Of a stretch of DNA of 64,000 bases, positions 14,147 to 23,558 are shown in pieces. Source of the stretch: Candidatus Babelota bacterium (lineage in GTDB: Bacteria; Babelota; Babeliae; Babelales; Vermiphilaceae); the NCBI GenBank assembly GCA_049325595.1, contig JBMOLF010000010.1, forward strand, positions 160,001 to 224,000, read 5' to 3'. The notes beneath the pieces are model-generated. The model was not told the DNA's origin. It did no database searches and worked only from the letters and a program-made list of their open reading frames with translations. A program made the translations under genes and the position numbers. Positions within the stretch are counted from its first letter, which is position 1, and every line of letters begins with the position of its first letter.

Positions 14147-15481
14147 ATGAGTAGCATTATGATAACTCCCTATATTCAGATTGAACATTCACCCAAATTA
14201 CAGGGACAGGTTGTCCTTAGTGGAGCTAAAAATGCAGTTTTGGTTATTATAGCTTCATTGATTTTAACACGAGGAAAGTCTATCTTGACTAATGTTCCTC
14301 TTTCAGATGATGTTACCAATATGATTAAATTATTGGTAAATCTGGGCGCAAAAGTTTTCTTTTTTGAAGAAGAACGAATATTAGAAGTAGATACCTCTTC
14401 CTTGCACAATTGGCATGTAAGTGCTGACATTATGAAGAAAATGCGGGCTTCTATTTTAGTTATGGGGCCATTATTGGCACGATTTGGTAAGGCTGAAATA
14501 GCTGTTCCAGGAGGTTGTGTGATTGGATCTCGCCCTATTGATTATCATCTAAAAAATTTTAAAAAAATGGGTGCTTCTATTCATGAAAATGGCGACATTT
14601 TAAGTGCTGTTTGTGATAATGGTCTTATTGCTAATAAATATGTACTTGAGTATCCAAGCGTGGGAGCAACCGAAAATATTCTCATGGCTGCCGTATTAAC
14701 ACCAGGCATTACGCAGATTGTTAATGCAGCTCTAGAGCCTGAAGTAATCGATTTAATAACAGTGCTTGGTAAAATGGGAGCTCGAATTACGATAAAAGCG
14801 CCTGCAACCATAGAAGTTGAAGGGGTAGAGTCTCTACATGCTATAGAGCATGGCATTATGCCAGATCGTTTGGAGGCTGGATCATTATTGCTTGCTGCTG
14901 CAATAACCAAAGGAGAAATAGAAATTGTAAATGCTCAGGCTGACTACATGGATGTATTTCTTTTAAAACTTGAAGAAATGGGTCATAAAATTGTTACTGG
15001 TTCACAAGGTGTATATCTAAAAGCAACAGATATGCCACGAGCAGTATCATTTAAAACTTCGCCTTATCCAGGCTTTCCTACTGATTTACAAGCTCCTATG
15101 ACGGCAGCATTATGTTTAGCTGAAGGAACAAGCGTTATTGAAGAAACGGTTTTTGAAAATAGGCTAGTTCATATTCGTGAATTACAAAAAATGGGTGCAC
15201 AAGTAAAAATTGAAAGCAATAAAGCTTTTATTACTGGGGTTGAACAATTATACGGTACTTCTGTTATTGCAACTGATATTCGTGCTTCGTGTGGATTGGT
15301 GCTTGCGGGATTAGTTGCCAAAGGCATTACTATAATGACGGGAATACATCATTGGACACGTGGATACGACCATTTAGAGAAGAAATTAGCATACTTAGGC
15401 GCTCGAATAATGCTTGTAAATCATGATAAATCACCTCTTGCTATTTCCACTGCCGATCGAATTGCAGAAAATACATTATAA
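14147..15481 (+). CDS. murA: UDP-N-acetylglucosamine 1-carboxyvinyltransferase
   Basis: GAKNA, MRAS, PGGCVIGSRPID (active Cys), PGFPTDLQ, TDIRA. Confidence 0.97.
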   Translation: MSSIMITPYIQIEHSPKLQGQVVLSGAKNAVLVIIASLILTRGKSILTNVPLSDDVTNMIKLLVNLGAKVFFFEEERILEVDTSSLHNWHVSADIMKKMRASILVMGPLLARFGKAEIAVPGGCVIGSRPIDYHLKNFKKMGASIHENGDILSAVCDNGLIANKYVLEYPSVGATENILMAAVLTPGITQIVNAALEPEVIDLITVLGKMGARITIKAPATIEVEGVESLHAIEHGIMPDRLEAGSLLLAAAITKGEIEIVNAQADYMDVFLLKLEEMGHKIVTGSQGVYLKATDMPRAVSFKTSPYPGFPTDLQAPMTAALCLAEGTSVIEETVFENRLVHIRELQKMGAQVKIESNKAFITGVEQLYGTSVIATDIRASCGLVLAGLVAKGITIMTGIHHWTRGYDHLEKKLAYLGARIMLVNHDKSPLAISTADRIAENTL

Positions 15482-15535
15482 ATAAAGAAGCTTTTTTTTA
15501 GAGCTTCTTCATATTTTGGAGATAAGGCTCTTAAT

Positions 15536-16369
15536 TTAGAAATTACTACCGGTAAGTTCAGTTAATTCTTTAGTAATTTTAGCTTGCCGCAATTTATTAT
15601 ATTGAAGTTTAGTTTGATCTAATAAACTTTGGGCATTGCGTGTAGAATTATCCATAGATAAAAAGCGAGCAGCTTGTTCTGCATACAGAGATTGAAATAA
15701 AATATACTGAATTTGAGATTCAATTATTTGTTGTAATAAGTTATCCAAAACTTCTTGAGGTGATTGTTCCCAATGATAATCTTCAGTTGGTTTTAGGTCT
15801 GCAATTTGTTCTTCGACCGGTATCAGATGAGTAATGTGAGGCTTTTGAACAAAAAAACTTTTTAATTGATTGCTTACTAAGCTTACTGAGCTTGGTTCTT
15901 TTGCTAAGATAAATTTGACTATTTCTTGGGCTATAGTTGTTAAGGTTGTAACATGAAGATCTGAATACTGACTAGATATTTTAATATTTTTATCAGTAAC
16001 AAGATCAATCATTTTTTTGCCCACAACAATAATATCTATGGCATTAAGGTTTTTATAATTATTAAAGAAAAAATTCAAAAGAGAGCTATTAAAATTGCCA
16101 CAAAGACCCTTTTGTGATCCTATTAAAATAAGTAAAGGACGTGATTGAGGTTTTTGGCTTGGTTCAATAAGTGGATTTTTCCAGGTAGGTAGCGCATATT
16201 TTACCCGTTTTAATAAATTACTAGATGCTTTAATATAGGCTTTAAGTGCATCATCCTGTTGTCGCATGCGCGTATGAGCAGACATTGAAATCAAACGCAT
16301 GGCATGAGTAATTTTTTTTATAGTCTCTATTGCTTTTATTCGTTGTCTAAGATAAATGAGCTGTGACAT
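15536..16369 (-). CDS. atpG: F1 ATP synthase gamma subunit
   Basis: KKITHAMRLIS, KGLCGNFNS, EQAARFLSMDNST, YNKLRQAKITKEL; true start MSQLI at 16369. Confidence 0.93.
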   Translation of the reverse strand: MSQLIYLRQRIKAIETIKKITHAMRLISMSAHTRMRQQDDALKAYIKASSNLLKRVKYALPTWKNPLIEPSQKPQSRPLLILIGSQKGLCGNFNSSLLNFFFNNYKNLNAIDIIVVGKKMIDLVTDKNIKISSQYSDLHVTTLTTIAQEIVKFILAKEPSSVSLVSNQLKSFFVQKPHITHLIPVEEQIADLKPTEDYHWEQSPQEVLDNLLQQIIESQIQYILFQSLYAEQAARFLSMDNSTRNAQSLLDQTKLQYNKLRQAKITKELTELTGSNF

Positions 16370-16481
16370 GATAATATCCGGTAAGAGTAACTTTTTTTGC
16401 TCTTTATTGATAATGTAGTATGTATTAGGCAGGTTTGCAATTATTACTACTAATAAAAGTAAAAAATAATAATGGTAATGT

Positions 16482-17057
16482 ATGTTTTTAATTATTGATG
16501 CATATAACATTTTAAAACAGGTTATATCTCTTAAAGAGATTACTCGTGTGCAACGAGAGCGTTTTATACAGCTTGTTTTTACCTATGCGCGTCGAAAAAA
16601 CCATTATGCAGTTATTGTTTTTGATGGCGGAGCTGATAGATGGCCATCGACTGAGAAAAAAAAGCAGGGATCCATTACTTTTGCCGGTACTACCATTTCT
16701 GCTGATGACTATATTAAAACTTTTATTAGCGATAACAAAGATAAAGATATGTTACTTATTTCGACTGATCGAGCCTTAGCGACATGGGCCAGTAAATATC
16801 GTGTGCCTGCTATTGATGCACTTGATTTCTATCAATTCTTAAAGAACGAACTTAGCAATGAAGTTGAAAGAAAGAAAAACTTAGTATTACCAGTCAAAAT
16901 AACTGAAGATGAAAATCCTGAATTAGATCGTTTAATGACCCAAGCAAGTGAAACTATTTATCCAAAGCAAGAAGAAAAGCAAGCTGATAGAAAGTCTTCT
17001 GGCCAACATCAATCAAAAAAAGAAAGAAAAATACTCCAGAAAATAAAGAAACTGTGA
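16482..17057 (+). CDS. NYN-domain (YacP/Rae1-like) ribonuclease
   Basis: LIIDAYN, VIVFDG, ADDYI, STDR acidic motif set. Confidence 0.8.
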   Translation: MFLIIDAYNILKQVISLKEITRVQRERFIQLVFTYARRKNHYAVIVFDGGADRWPSTEKKKQGSITFAGTTISADDYIKTFISDNKDKDMLLISTDRALATWASKYRVPAIDALDFYQFLKNELSNEVERKKNLVLPVKITEDENPELDRLMTQASETIYPKQEEKQADRKSSGQHQSKKERKILQKIKKL

Positions 17058-17072
17058 TACAGTTTAGGAACT

Positions 17073-17513
17073 ATGAAATTATTAAAAGAATTTATAATTG
17101 GAAAAAATCAATTGCCAGAAGTGGTTGATTTTTTAATGAATTTAAAAAAGAGATATCCGATAATTACTTTTACCGGTCCTTTAGGAGCTGGGAAAACCAC
17201 CTTAGTTCAATTATTTTTAAAACGCTGCGGTGTACAAGAAACAATAACGAGTCCTACTTTTACTATTATGAATAGCTATCATAATAATAAAGGTGAAACA
17301 TTTTATCATTTTGATTTGTATCGTTTAACTAATCTGGATGATTTTTTTCAAGGTGGCTTTGAAGAATATCTTTATCAGCCTAATAGTGTAGTGTGTATTG
17401 AGTGGCCTGAGATTATTATGCCATTTTTAAATACCATATCAGAAAAAGTTTGTTCGGTAGTTTTAGACTACTCTGATATTGATAAAAGAATTATAAAAAT
17501 AATAACTCAATAG
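17073..17513 (+). CDS. tsaE: tRNA t6A biosynthesis ATPase TsaE
   Basis: GPLGAGKT, SPTFT, HFDLYRL, IEWP. Confidence 0.96.
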   Translation: MKLLKEFIIGKNQLPEVVDFLMNLKKRYPIITFTGPLGAGKTTLVQLFLKRCGVQETITSPTFTIMNSYHNNKGETFYHFDLYRLTNLDDFFQGGFEEYLYQPNSVVCIEWPEIIMPFLNTISEKVCSVVLDYSDIDKRIIKIITQ

Positions 17514-17527
17514 GGATTACCTAGTTT

Positions 17528-17734
17528 ATGAATAATTACACTAGTCCGTTAGCAGAACGCCCCGATTATTTAGTTTGTACCTGCATGGGTGTTATGTATA
17601 GCGAACTTTATCAAGCCATACAAGAAGGTGACAACACATTTCAAGCTTTATCCGATCGTTTTGGTGTAGGAACTGGTTGTAGTAGTTGTGTTGACGAAGT
17701 AATAACAATGTTAAAAGAACAAGCAAAAAAATAA
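17528..17734 (+). CDS. Bfd-like [2Fe-2S] protein
   Basis: VCTCMGV...GTGCSSC cysteine pattern. Confidence 0.85.
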   Translation: MNNYTSPLAERPDYLVCTCMGVMYSELYQAIQEGDNTFQALSDRFGVGTGCSSCVDEVITMLKEQAKK

Positions 17735-17746
17735 GAAAGATTTTAC

Positions 17747-18647
17747 ATGAATAGTTTGCAGCGTATTTTAATTTTATCTGTTTTTTTTTACCACAACATC
17801 TTATACCAACATTTCTGTGGGCGATTTACACCCTGCAGTTAAAGAGTGGTGCGATAAAAACCCTAAATGTGTTGAATGTACACAGTTTGCAAAATTTATT
17901 TTTTGTGCTCAAAAACGTCCCTTGCCTTGGGAAATATCGGTAGCTGAAAAAAATGATGACACTCAAACTTTGAGTACTGAATTATTTTGTCAAGAACAAC
18001 CATGGACAGAAAAATGGCGGTCTGTATCAACAGATAATGGTAAATATGTAACGTTTGATAACATTTATAACGAAGTTGAGCATATTTTTGAGAAAAAAGA
18101 TGGTTGGTCAAAATTTAATAGACTAAAAGCGTTAGAGGTTACTGAAATTATTGGAAAAAAATTAGAGCATTTAGCTTGCGAAAAAACTTATTCGCATGCG
18201 GACCTAAAAAAAGCTCTATCATATCTACCTAATGAGTTCAGTCAATTATGCGCAACTAATGTACATAATAGAAATTGTGGATTTATTGTCGCTGCCTTTA
18301 AAAATCCAACATTATACCAGACGCAAGAATTGGCTCAGCATGTGATTAAAATTGGCGAAGAACAACAATGGTCTGGTGATCAAGTTGTTTATTATATAAC
18401 GCAAATAAACGAAGCATTTGGAAAAAGAAAAGTAGATGTTATTAAGAGTTTTTTATTAAAGACAGTTCAGCAATTGCCTAAAGTTGGTATAGTAGAACTT
18501 AATAGAGCTCTGGCTATAGCAGAAACAAATGTAGAAACAATGGCAGAATTAATAGCGAGAACATTTCATCATATGATGGATGGAAATATTAGAAAAGCAT
18601 ATTATACACTCAAAAAAGATTTTAAAGTTTTAAAAAAAAGAGGTTGA
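17747..18647 (+). pseudogene. Hypothetical secreted protein split by a frameshift in a T9 tract (main ORF 17817-18647)
   Basis: ATG 17747 encodes MNSLQRILILSVFF then stops early; removing one T at 17781-17789 joins it to the 276-aa ORF. Confidence 0.6.
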
Positions 18648-18666
18648 TTGCCTCAACCTCTTTTTT
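18634..18666. terminator. Bidirectional intrinsic terminator
   Basis: A-run-GAGGTTGA-ttgcc-TCAACCTC-T-run between convergent genes. Confidence 0.9.
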
Positions 18667-18667
18667 G

Positions 18668-19585
18668 TTATGCTTTTAATACGAGTTGTTTCGTTTGATA
18701 TATCCAACGAGCGAGGGTATCTAATAATACCGCATCTGATTCATCATTTTCATAGGCTGCTCCAACAGTTTCACAGGTAAATTCTTTTGGCAAAAAAGTA
18801 CGCGCAACAGTGTCTTGATACCCAACATAAGGCTGAGAAGAAATCACCAATACTGATCCAGGTTGGGCAGATGTGGAAAGCCAGCTTGCAAATGTATCAC
18901 CAGTAGTAGGGCGTATTAAACTTCCTCCAGGTCCTACTTTGCAAGGGGTATCAATAACCTTAATTTTCTCTTTTACATTCTCTGATAATAAGGTTTGATC
19001 AATAACCATTTGTGTCATTTCAGTTTCTGTAGTCGGTAATGTTGTAGGTTTTTTCCAATTATTATTTGTCGGCAATGCAGAATTTTTAAAATCAAGTAAT
19101 ATTTCATCACTTTCAATAGTTTTATCTAATGGGCGTTGTCCGCACAAAAAGAGAATCGAATTAAATGAATATCCTTGATTTATTAAGTGCAATAAATGAG
19201 CAAAGCGACTGCGTGTTCTTTCAACAGTTCCGCCAAGCACTAAAGCATAATCGTATTTTTTACTCTGCGGCTTAATTTCTTGCAACATGCCAAGCTTATC
19301 GCATTCATGCATTATTAATGAATGCGTTTGGGGAGAAAAAATGTTATCTACTTGCCAACGTTCTTTGCCTGGTTTTCGCAGCCATTCCTTTTGAGTTCCT
19401 TCTACAATACTTTCAAGCGTATTATTATGAGAAATCTTAAAAGCATTTAATAAGACAGTAATAGATGTATGGGGCGTTGTGTTTGCGTTGAAAAGTTGAG
19501 GAATAGACGATTCCTGAGCGTGTTGAAAAAAAGCAATAGAAGTAATGAGTAGCGCAATTGTAATAAGATAATATTTTATATTCAT
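18668..19585 (-). CDS. Hypothetical exported protein, possibly YdcF/DUF218-like fold
   Basis: Signal peptide; YDYALVLGG, ILFLCGQR, TETEM, RPTTGDT, VISSQPY motif order resembles DUF218. Confidence 0.55.
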   Translation of the reverse strand: MNIKYYLITIALLITSIAFFQHAQESSIPQLFNANTTPHTSITVLLNAFKISHNNTLESIVEGTQKEWLRKPGKERWQVDNIFSPQTHSLIMHECDKLGMLQEIKPQSKKYDYALVLGGTVERTRSRFAHLLHLINQGYSFNSILFLCGQRPLDKTIESDEILLDFKNSALPTNNNWKKPTTLPTTETEMTQMVIDQTLLSENVKEKIKVIDTPCKVGPGGSLIRPTTGDTFASWLSTSAQPGSVLVISSQPYVGYQDTVARTFLPKEFTCETVGAAYENDESDAVLLDTLARWIYQTKQLVLKA

Positions 19586-19701
19586 AAAATCCTTATAGGC
19601 ACTTTAGTTATTATGAGATTAATTTTTGTTGGCATTAATGATAATTATAATTGTTCAAAAATCAAATGATGTTATAATTACAATAAAATGAAAAATTTAA
19701 G

Positions 19702-19730
19702 TTGAAATTTTTAAAGAAAACCAATATCAT
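19702..19730 (+). promoter_or_regulatory. Promoter for tRNA cluster
   Basis: TTGAAA-17bp-TATCAT just upstream of tRNA-Tyr. Confidence 0.55.
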
Positions 19731-19756
19731 AATGACACGTTGACAGAAATGACAGC

Positions 19757-19842
19757 GGCGAGATTCCCGAGTGGCCAAAGGGGACGGACTGTAAATCCGT
19801 TGGTGTAAGCCTTCGTAGGTTCGAATCCTACTCTCGCCACCA
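19757..19842 (+). tRNA. tRNA-Tyr(GTA)
   Basis: Cloverleaf with long variable arm, CT-GTA-AA loop, CCA. Confidence 0.97.
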
Positions 19843-19845
19843 GTT

Positions 19846-19921
19846 GCGGGAATAGCTCAATTGGTAGAGCGGCAGCCTTCCAAGCTGTAGGTTGCGGGTT
19901 CGAGTCCCGTTTCCCGCTCCA
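19846..19921 (+). tRNA. tRNA-Gly(TCC)
   Basis: GCGGGAA acceptor, CT-TCC-AA loop, CCA. Confidence 0.97.
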
Positions 19922-19968
19922 CTAATGATTCTGTTAAGGTGCGCATGATAAAGGGTGTAGAGATAAAT

Positions 19969-20044
19969 GCTGGCGTAGCTCAGTTGGTAGAGCAGCTGAT
20001 TTGTAATCAGCAGGTCACTGGTTCAAGTCCAGTCGCCAGCTCCA
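19969..20044 (+). tRNA. tRNA-Thr(TGT)
   Basis: Cloverleaf, TT-TGT-AA loop, CCA. Confidence 0.97.
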
Positions 20045-20075
20045 GAAAAATGTTCTAAAATGTCACAAAAATAAT

Positions 20076-20104
20076 TTGTCTTTTGCTCTTTTTTCATTTA
20101 CTCT
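20076..20104 (+). promoter_or_regulatory. Candidate promoter for tRNA-Thr(GGT)-rpmG-secE-nusG unit
   Basis: TTGTCT-17bp-TACTCT. Confidence 0.45.
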
Positions 20105-20136
20105 ATATCTAAATCATTAAGGAAATGTGAAAATAT

Positions 20137-20212
20137 GCCCACGTAGCTCAGGTGGTAGAGCACTTCCTTGGTAAGGGAGAGGTCACCGGTTCAAGCCCGG
20201 TCGCGGGCTCCA
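20137..20212 (+). tRNA. tRNA-Thr(GGT)
   Basis: Cloverleaf, TT-GGT-AA loop, CCA; one acceptor-stem mismatch. Confidence 0.95.
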
Positions 20213-20271
20213 GGTTTAGTAAGTAGCATTTAAAATAAATTGTAGCGATTTAAAACGTGTTTTGAGATGAT

Positions 20272-20430
20272 ATGGCAAAGAATAGAGTAACTACCCATTT
20301 AGCATGCGAGCAGTGTAAAGAGCGTAATTATACTCAAGTGGTCTCAAAAAAGAGATCTGTTGGGTCTTTATCACTTAAAAAGTTTTGCTCTCGTTGCCGT
20401 GCGCACGCAACTCACAAAGAAACGAAATAG
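20272..20430 (+). CDS. rpmG: 50S ribosomal protein L33 (zinc-ribbon type; missing from ORF track)
   Basis: Own translation MAKNRVTTHLACEQCKERNYT...LKKFCSRCRAHATHKETK; canonical position before tRNA-Trp-secE. Confidence 0.95.
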   Translation: MAKNRVTTHLACEQCKERNYTQVVSKKRSVGSLSLKKFCSRCRAHATHKETK

Positions 20431-20437
20431 GTAGAGT

Positions 20438-20514
20438 AGGCCAGTAGCTCGAATTGGTAGAGCGGCAGACTCCAAATCTGCGGGTTGGGGGTTCGAATCC
20501 CTCCTGGCCTGCCA
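20438..20514 (+). tRNA. tRNA-Trp(CCA)
   Basis: AGGCCAG acceptor, CT-CCA-AA loop, GCCA end. Confidence 0.97.
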
Positions 20515-20556
20515 CACAACTGCAGGCGCCAAAAATCGTTACCGTGTGGAGTAATC

Positions 20557-20754
20557 ATGAAAGATGTCGTTCAGTTTTTAGCCGAAGTTAAAAATGAGTT
20601 AGGCAAGGTTGTTTGGCCTAAAGTTGATGAGTGGATAGGTTCTACTATAATAATGATTATTTTGGTATTTGCTTGTGCTCTCTATTTGGGCGCTGTTGAT
20701 TTTGGCCTGTCTAAGCTTGCCGGCCTTATATTTAAAAGTTACAGCTTGAATTAA
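20557..20754 (+). CDS. secE: Preprotein translocase subunit SecE
   Basis: FLAEVKNELGKVVWP plus one TM helix; GGAG RBS before ATG 20557. Confidence 0.93.
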   Translation: MKDVVQFLAEVKNELGKVVWPKVDEWIGSTIIMIILVFACALYLGAVDFGLSKLAGLIFKSYSLN

Positions 20755-20776
20755 TTTGGGATCGGGTGCAAATACA

Positions 20777-21295
20777 ATGAAACGTTGGTATGTGGTACAG
20801 GTTTATGCCGGCTATGAAGATTCGGTTAAATCTGATATTGGCAAGCGTATTAAGGAAGCTCATTTAGAAGATAGCTTTGGTGAAATTTTGATCCCTTCGG
20901 CAAAGTTAAAGCCATTGTTTGAGGTTGAAGAATCCAGGGACTCTCAATTGTTCCCTGGTTATGTTCTTATAGAAATGGAAGCGTCGCCAGAGGCGATTCG
21001 TTTGGTAAATTCGTCAACTCGCGTTATTAAGTTCCTCGGGGGCAAAGAGCCTGTTCCTTTAAGTAAAAGAGAGATTGATCGCGTTATTTCTCAGATTAAA
21101 GGTGAAGTTGCTGTTGCGCCTCAAAAGAGTGAATTTGTTGTTGGTAGCGAGGTAGAAATAAAAGAGGGACCATTTGCTGGATTTGTTGGCATTGTCGACA
21201 AAATTGATGATGAAAATGAAAAGTTAACGGTGATGGTAAGTATTTTTGGACGAATGACTCCTGTTGAAATTGGATTTAATCAAGTAAAACGATAA
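20777..21295 (+). CDS. nusG: Transcription factor NusG
   Basis: RWYVVQVYAGYE, LFPGYVL, KOW GPFAGF, IFGRMTPVE. Confidence 0.97.
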   Translation: MKRWYVVQVYAGYEDSVKSDIGKRIKEAHLEDSFGEILIPSAKLKPLFEVEESRDSQLFPGYVLIEMEASPEAIRLVNSSTRVIKFLGGKEPVPLSKREIDRVISQIKGEVAVAPQKSEFVVGSEVEIKEGPFAGFVGIVDKIDDENEKLTVMVSIFGRMTPVEIGFNQVKR

Positions 21296-21316
21296 GGTTT
21301 TCGATAGGTTTTTACT

Positions 21317-21742
21317 ATGGCAAAAACGGTAAAAGCGCAAGTTAAGCTCCAAATACCAGGTGGAGCAGCAACTCCAGCGCCACCAGTTGGTTCTACGCTT
21401 GGTCAGTTGCAAGTTAATATTATGGAGTTTTGCAAGCAGTTTAATGCGCTTACTGCAAACAGAAGAGGCGAAACAGTCCCGGTAATTATAACAGTATATA
21501 CCGATAAGACATTTTCCTTAATTACTAAAACTCCTCCTACAACAGAATTGATTAAGAAAAAAATCAATCTGCAAAAAGGATCTTCCAAGCCAAATACCGA
21601 TAAAGTTGGTAAAATTAGCTGGAGAGATATTGAGGAGATTGCAAAAGTAAAACTTCCTGACTTAAATGCAAGCGATTTAGAGCAAGCTAAAAAGATTGTT
21701 GCGGGAAGTGCGCGAAGTATGGGCGTTGAAGTAATCGAATAA
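21317..21742 (+). CDS. rplK: 50S ribosomal protein L11
   Basis: [25 protein letters not shown]. Confidence 0.98.
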   Translation: MAKTVKAQVKLQIPGGAATPAPPVGSTLGQLQVNIMEFCKQFNALTANRRGETVPVIITVYTDKTFSLITKTPPTTELIKKKINLQKGSSKPNTDKVGKISWRDIEEIAKVKLPDLNASDLEQAKKIVAGSARSMGVEVIE

Positions 21743-21761
21743 TACCTAGAGGCACAAAGCA

Positions 21762-22460
21762 ATGTCTAAACACGGAAAAAAGCACGAAGAATCGCAAAAA
21801 AAAGTCATAAAAGGTCAAATTTATCCGCTATCAAATGCGCTTACTTTAGTAAAAGAATTGGCTCATGCAAAATTTGATGAGTCAGTAGATGCTCAAATTA
21901 ATCTCGGAATAGATGCTTCTAAGGGAGACCAAGCTGTTAGAGGTTCGGTAGTATTACCTCACGCTAAAGGTGGTCCTGCGCGAGTTCTTGTTTTTGCTAA
22001 AGGTGATTATGCTGATCAAGCAAAAAAAGCTGGCGCTGATTTCATTGGGTCAGACGATTTGATAGAGAAAATTACTGGCGGATGGATGGATTTTGATTAT
22101 GCAGTTGCAACCCCCGATTTAATGGGAATGGTTGGTAAAGTTGCAAAAATACTTGGGCCACGTGGTCTATTGCCAAATAAGAAGCTTGGAACGGTGACCT
22201 TTGATGTGGCGGCAGTTGTTGCTGATCTTAAAAAGGGTCGTGTGTTCTTTAAAAATGATAAAAATGGTATAGTACATTTTTCTTTTGGTAGAGTTTCTTT
22301 CAGCCCAGAAAAGCTTCAAGAAAATCTAGTCACCTTTGTTAAGGCTTTGGCTGCAGTAAAGCCGCCATCATCAAAAGGTAAATTTTTGAAAAAAGTTACC
22401 ATTTCTTCCACTATGGGTGTCGGTATTCAAGTGGGTGCTGATGAAATCTTAGGCTCTTAA
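21762..22460 (+). CDS. rplA: 50S ribosomal protein L1
   Basis: AKFDESVD, LGPRGLLPN, SSTMG. Confidence 0.98.
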   Translation: MSKHGKKHEESQKKVIKGQIYPLSNALTLVKELAHAKFDESVDAQINLGIDASKGDQAVRGSVVLPHAKGGPARVLVFAKGDYADQAKKAGADFIGSDDLIEKITGGWMDFDYAVATPDLMGMVGKVAKILGPRGLLPNKKLGTVTFDVAAVVADLKKGRVFFKNDKNGIVHFSFGRVSFSPEKLQENLVTFVKALAAVKPPSSKGKFLKKVTISSTMGVGIQVGADEILGS

Positions 22461-22478
22461 TTATTACAGAGGTCTACA

Positions 22479-23000
22479 ATGAATCGTCAAGAAAAATCCC
22501 TTGTTATTGATACGTTAAAAAATGACTTTGAAAAGAGTCAGGCTTCATTTTTAGTGAACTACAAAGGTCTAACTGTTGCACAATTGCAAGCTTTGCGTAA
22601 AGCATTGAGCAGTACCGGAAGTTCTTTTAAAGTTGCTAAAGCTCGTTTAGTTAAAATAGCTGCTCAAGATATTGAAAATGCAGAACCGTTAACTCCATTC
22701 TTAAAAGAACAAGTCGGAGTTGTTTTTGCGTATAAAGATGTTTCTGCTGCTGCTAAAGCATTGCATGATTTTGCAAAACAAAATGAACAATGCAAGTTAG
22801 TTGCTGGATGCTTTGAAGCTAAGCCGCTTAATGAAGAGGCAATTAATAGAATTGCGCTTCTTCCTTCAAGAGAGGTATTGTTGGCGCAAGTATGTGGCAC
22901 GCTTAAAGCTCCTATTACAGGACTTGTTGTTGCACTCAACCAAAATATTCTTCGTCTGTTATGGGCTTTGAAGCAAGTTGGCGAGAAAAAACAAGCATAA
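22479..23000 (+). CDS. rplJ: 50S ribosomal protein L10
   Basis: YKGLTVAQL, LPSREVLLAQ; synteny. Confidence 0.96.
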   Translation: MNRQEKSLVIDTLKNDFEKSQASFLVNYKGLTVAQLQALRKALSSTGSSFKVAKARLVKIAAQDIENAEPLTPFLKEQVGVVFAYKDVSAAAKALHDFAKQNEQCKLVAGCFEAKPLNEEAINRIALLPSREVLLAQVCGTLKAPITGLVVALNQNILRLLWALKQVGEKKQA

Positions 23001-23062
23001 TTTTTAATGTATTAATAATTATATAAATTTTTAACGTTTATTTTTTATTCACGGAGAATGCT

Positions 23063-23449
23063 ATGGCATCCAAACATGAACAATTAGTACAAGAAATTGG
23101 CAATATGTCAGTTTTAGAATTAGCAGATTTAGTAAAAGCTATCGAAGAAGCTTTTGGTGTTTCAGCTGCAATGCCAGTAGCGGCAGCAGCTCCAGCAGCA
23201 GCCGGTGCAGCAGCTCCAGCAGCTCAAGAAGAGAAATCTGAGTACAAAGTAACTTTACAAGATGCTGGCTCAGAGAAGATCAAAGTTATCAAAGCAGTTA
23301 AAAGCGTGATTTCAGGTCTTTCTCTTTCAGAAGCTAAAGAAAAAGTTGAAGGTGCTCCATCAGTATTGGCTGAATCAGCTTCAAAACAAGATGCAGAAAA
23401 AATTAAAAAAGAATTGGAAGCTGTTGGTGCGAAAGTTGTACTTTCTTAA
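23063..23449 (+). CDS. rplL: 50S ribosomal protein L7/L12
   Basis: FGVSAA, Ala-rich hinge, KIKVIK, LSEAK. Confidence 0.98.
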   Translation: MASKHEQLVQEIGNMSVLELADLVKAIEEAFGVSAAMPVAAAAPAAAGAAAPAAQEEKSEYKVTLQDAGSEKIKVIKAVKSVISGLSLSEAKEKVEGAPSVLAESASKQDAEKIKKELEAVGAKVVLS

Positions 23450-23486
23450 TCCTAATATTTCATATTCTTTTTGAATCATTGGCTGC

Positions 23487-23518
23487 AGCCTTTGTGCTTT
23501 AATAGGCACAAGGGTTTT
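23487..23518 (+). terminator. Attenuator/terminator hairpin between rplL and rpoB
   Basis: GCCTTTGTGCTT-loop-AGGCACAAGGGT then short T-run; same position as the E. coli rplL-rpoB attenuator. Confidence 0.65.
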
Positions 23519-23558
23519 GATTTAATTAATGACTTTTGCATAAATGAGGAGCGACTTA

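Noticed and set aside
14500..14540. MurA fosfomycin-resistance substitution
   Set aside because: Active-site Cys is present (PGGCVIG)
16370..16510. N-terminal extension of AtpG in the ORF track (likewise prfB, secE, nusG, rpoB extensions)
   Set aside because: Longest-ORF artefacts that overlap neighbouring genes or tRNAs; homology starts at downstream Met
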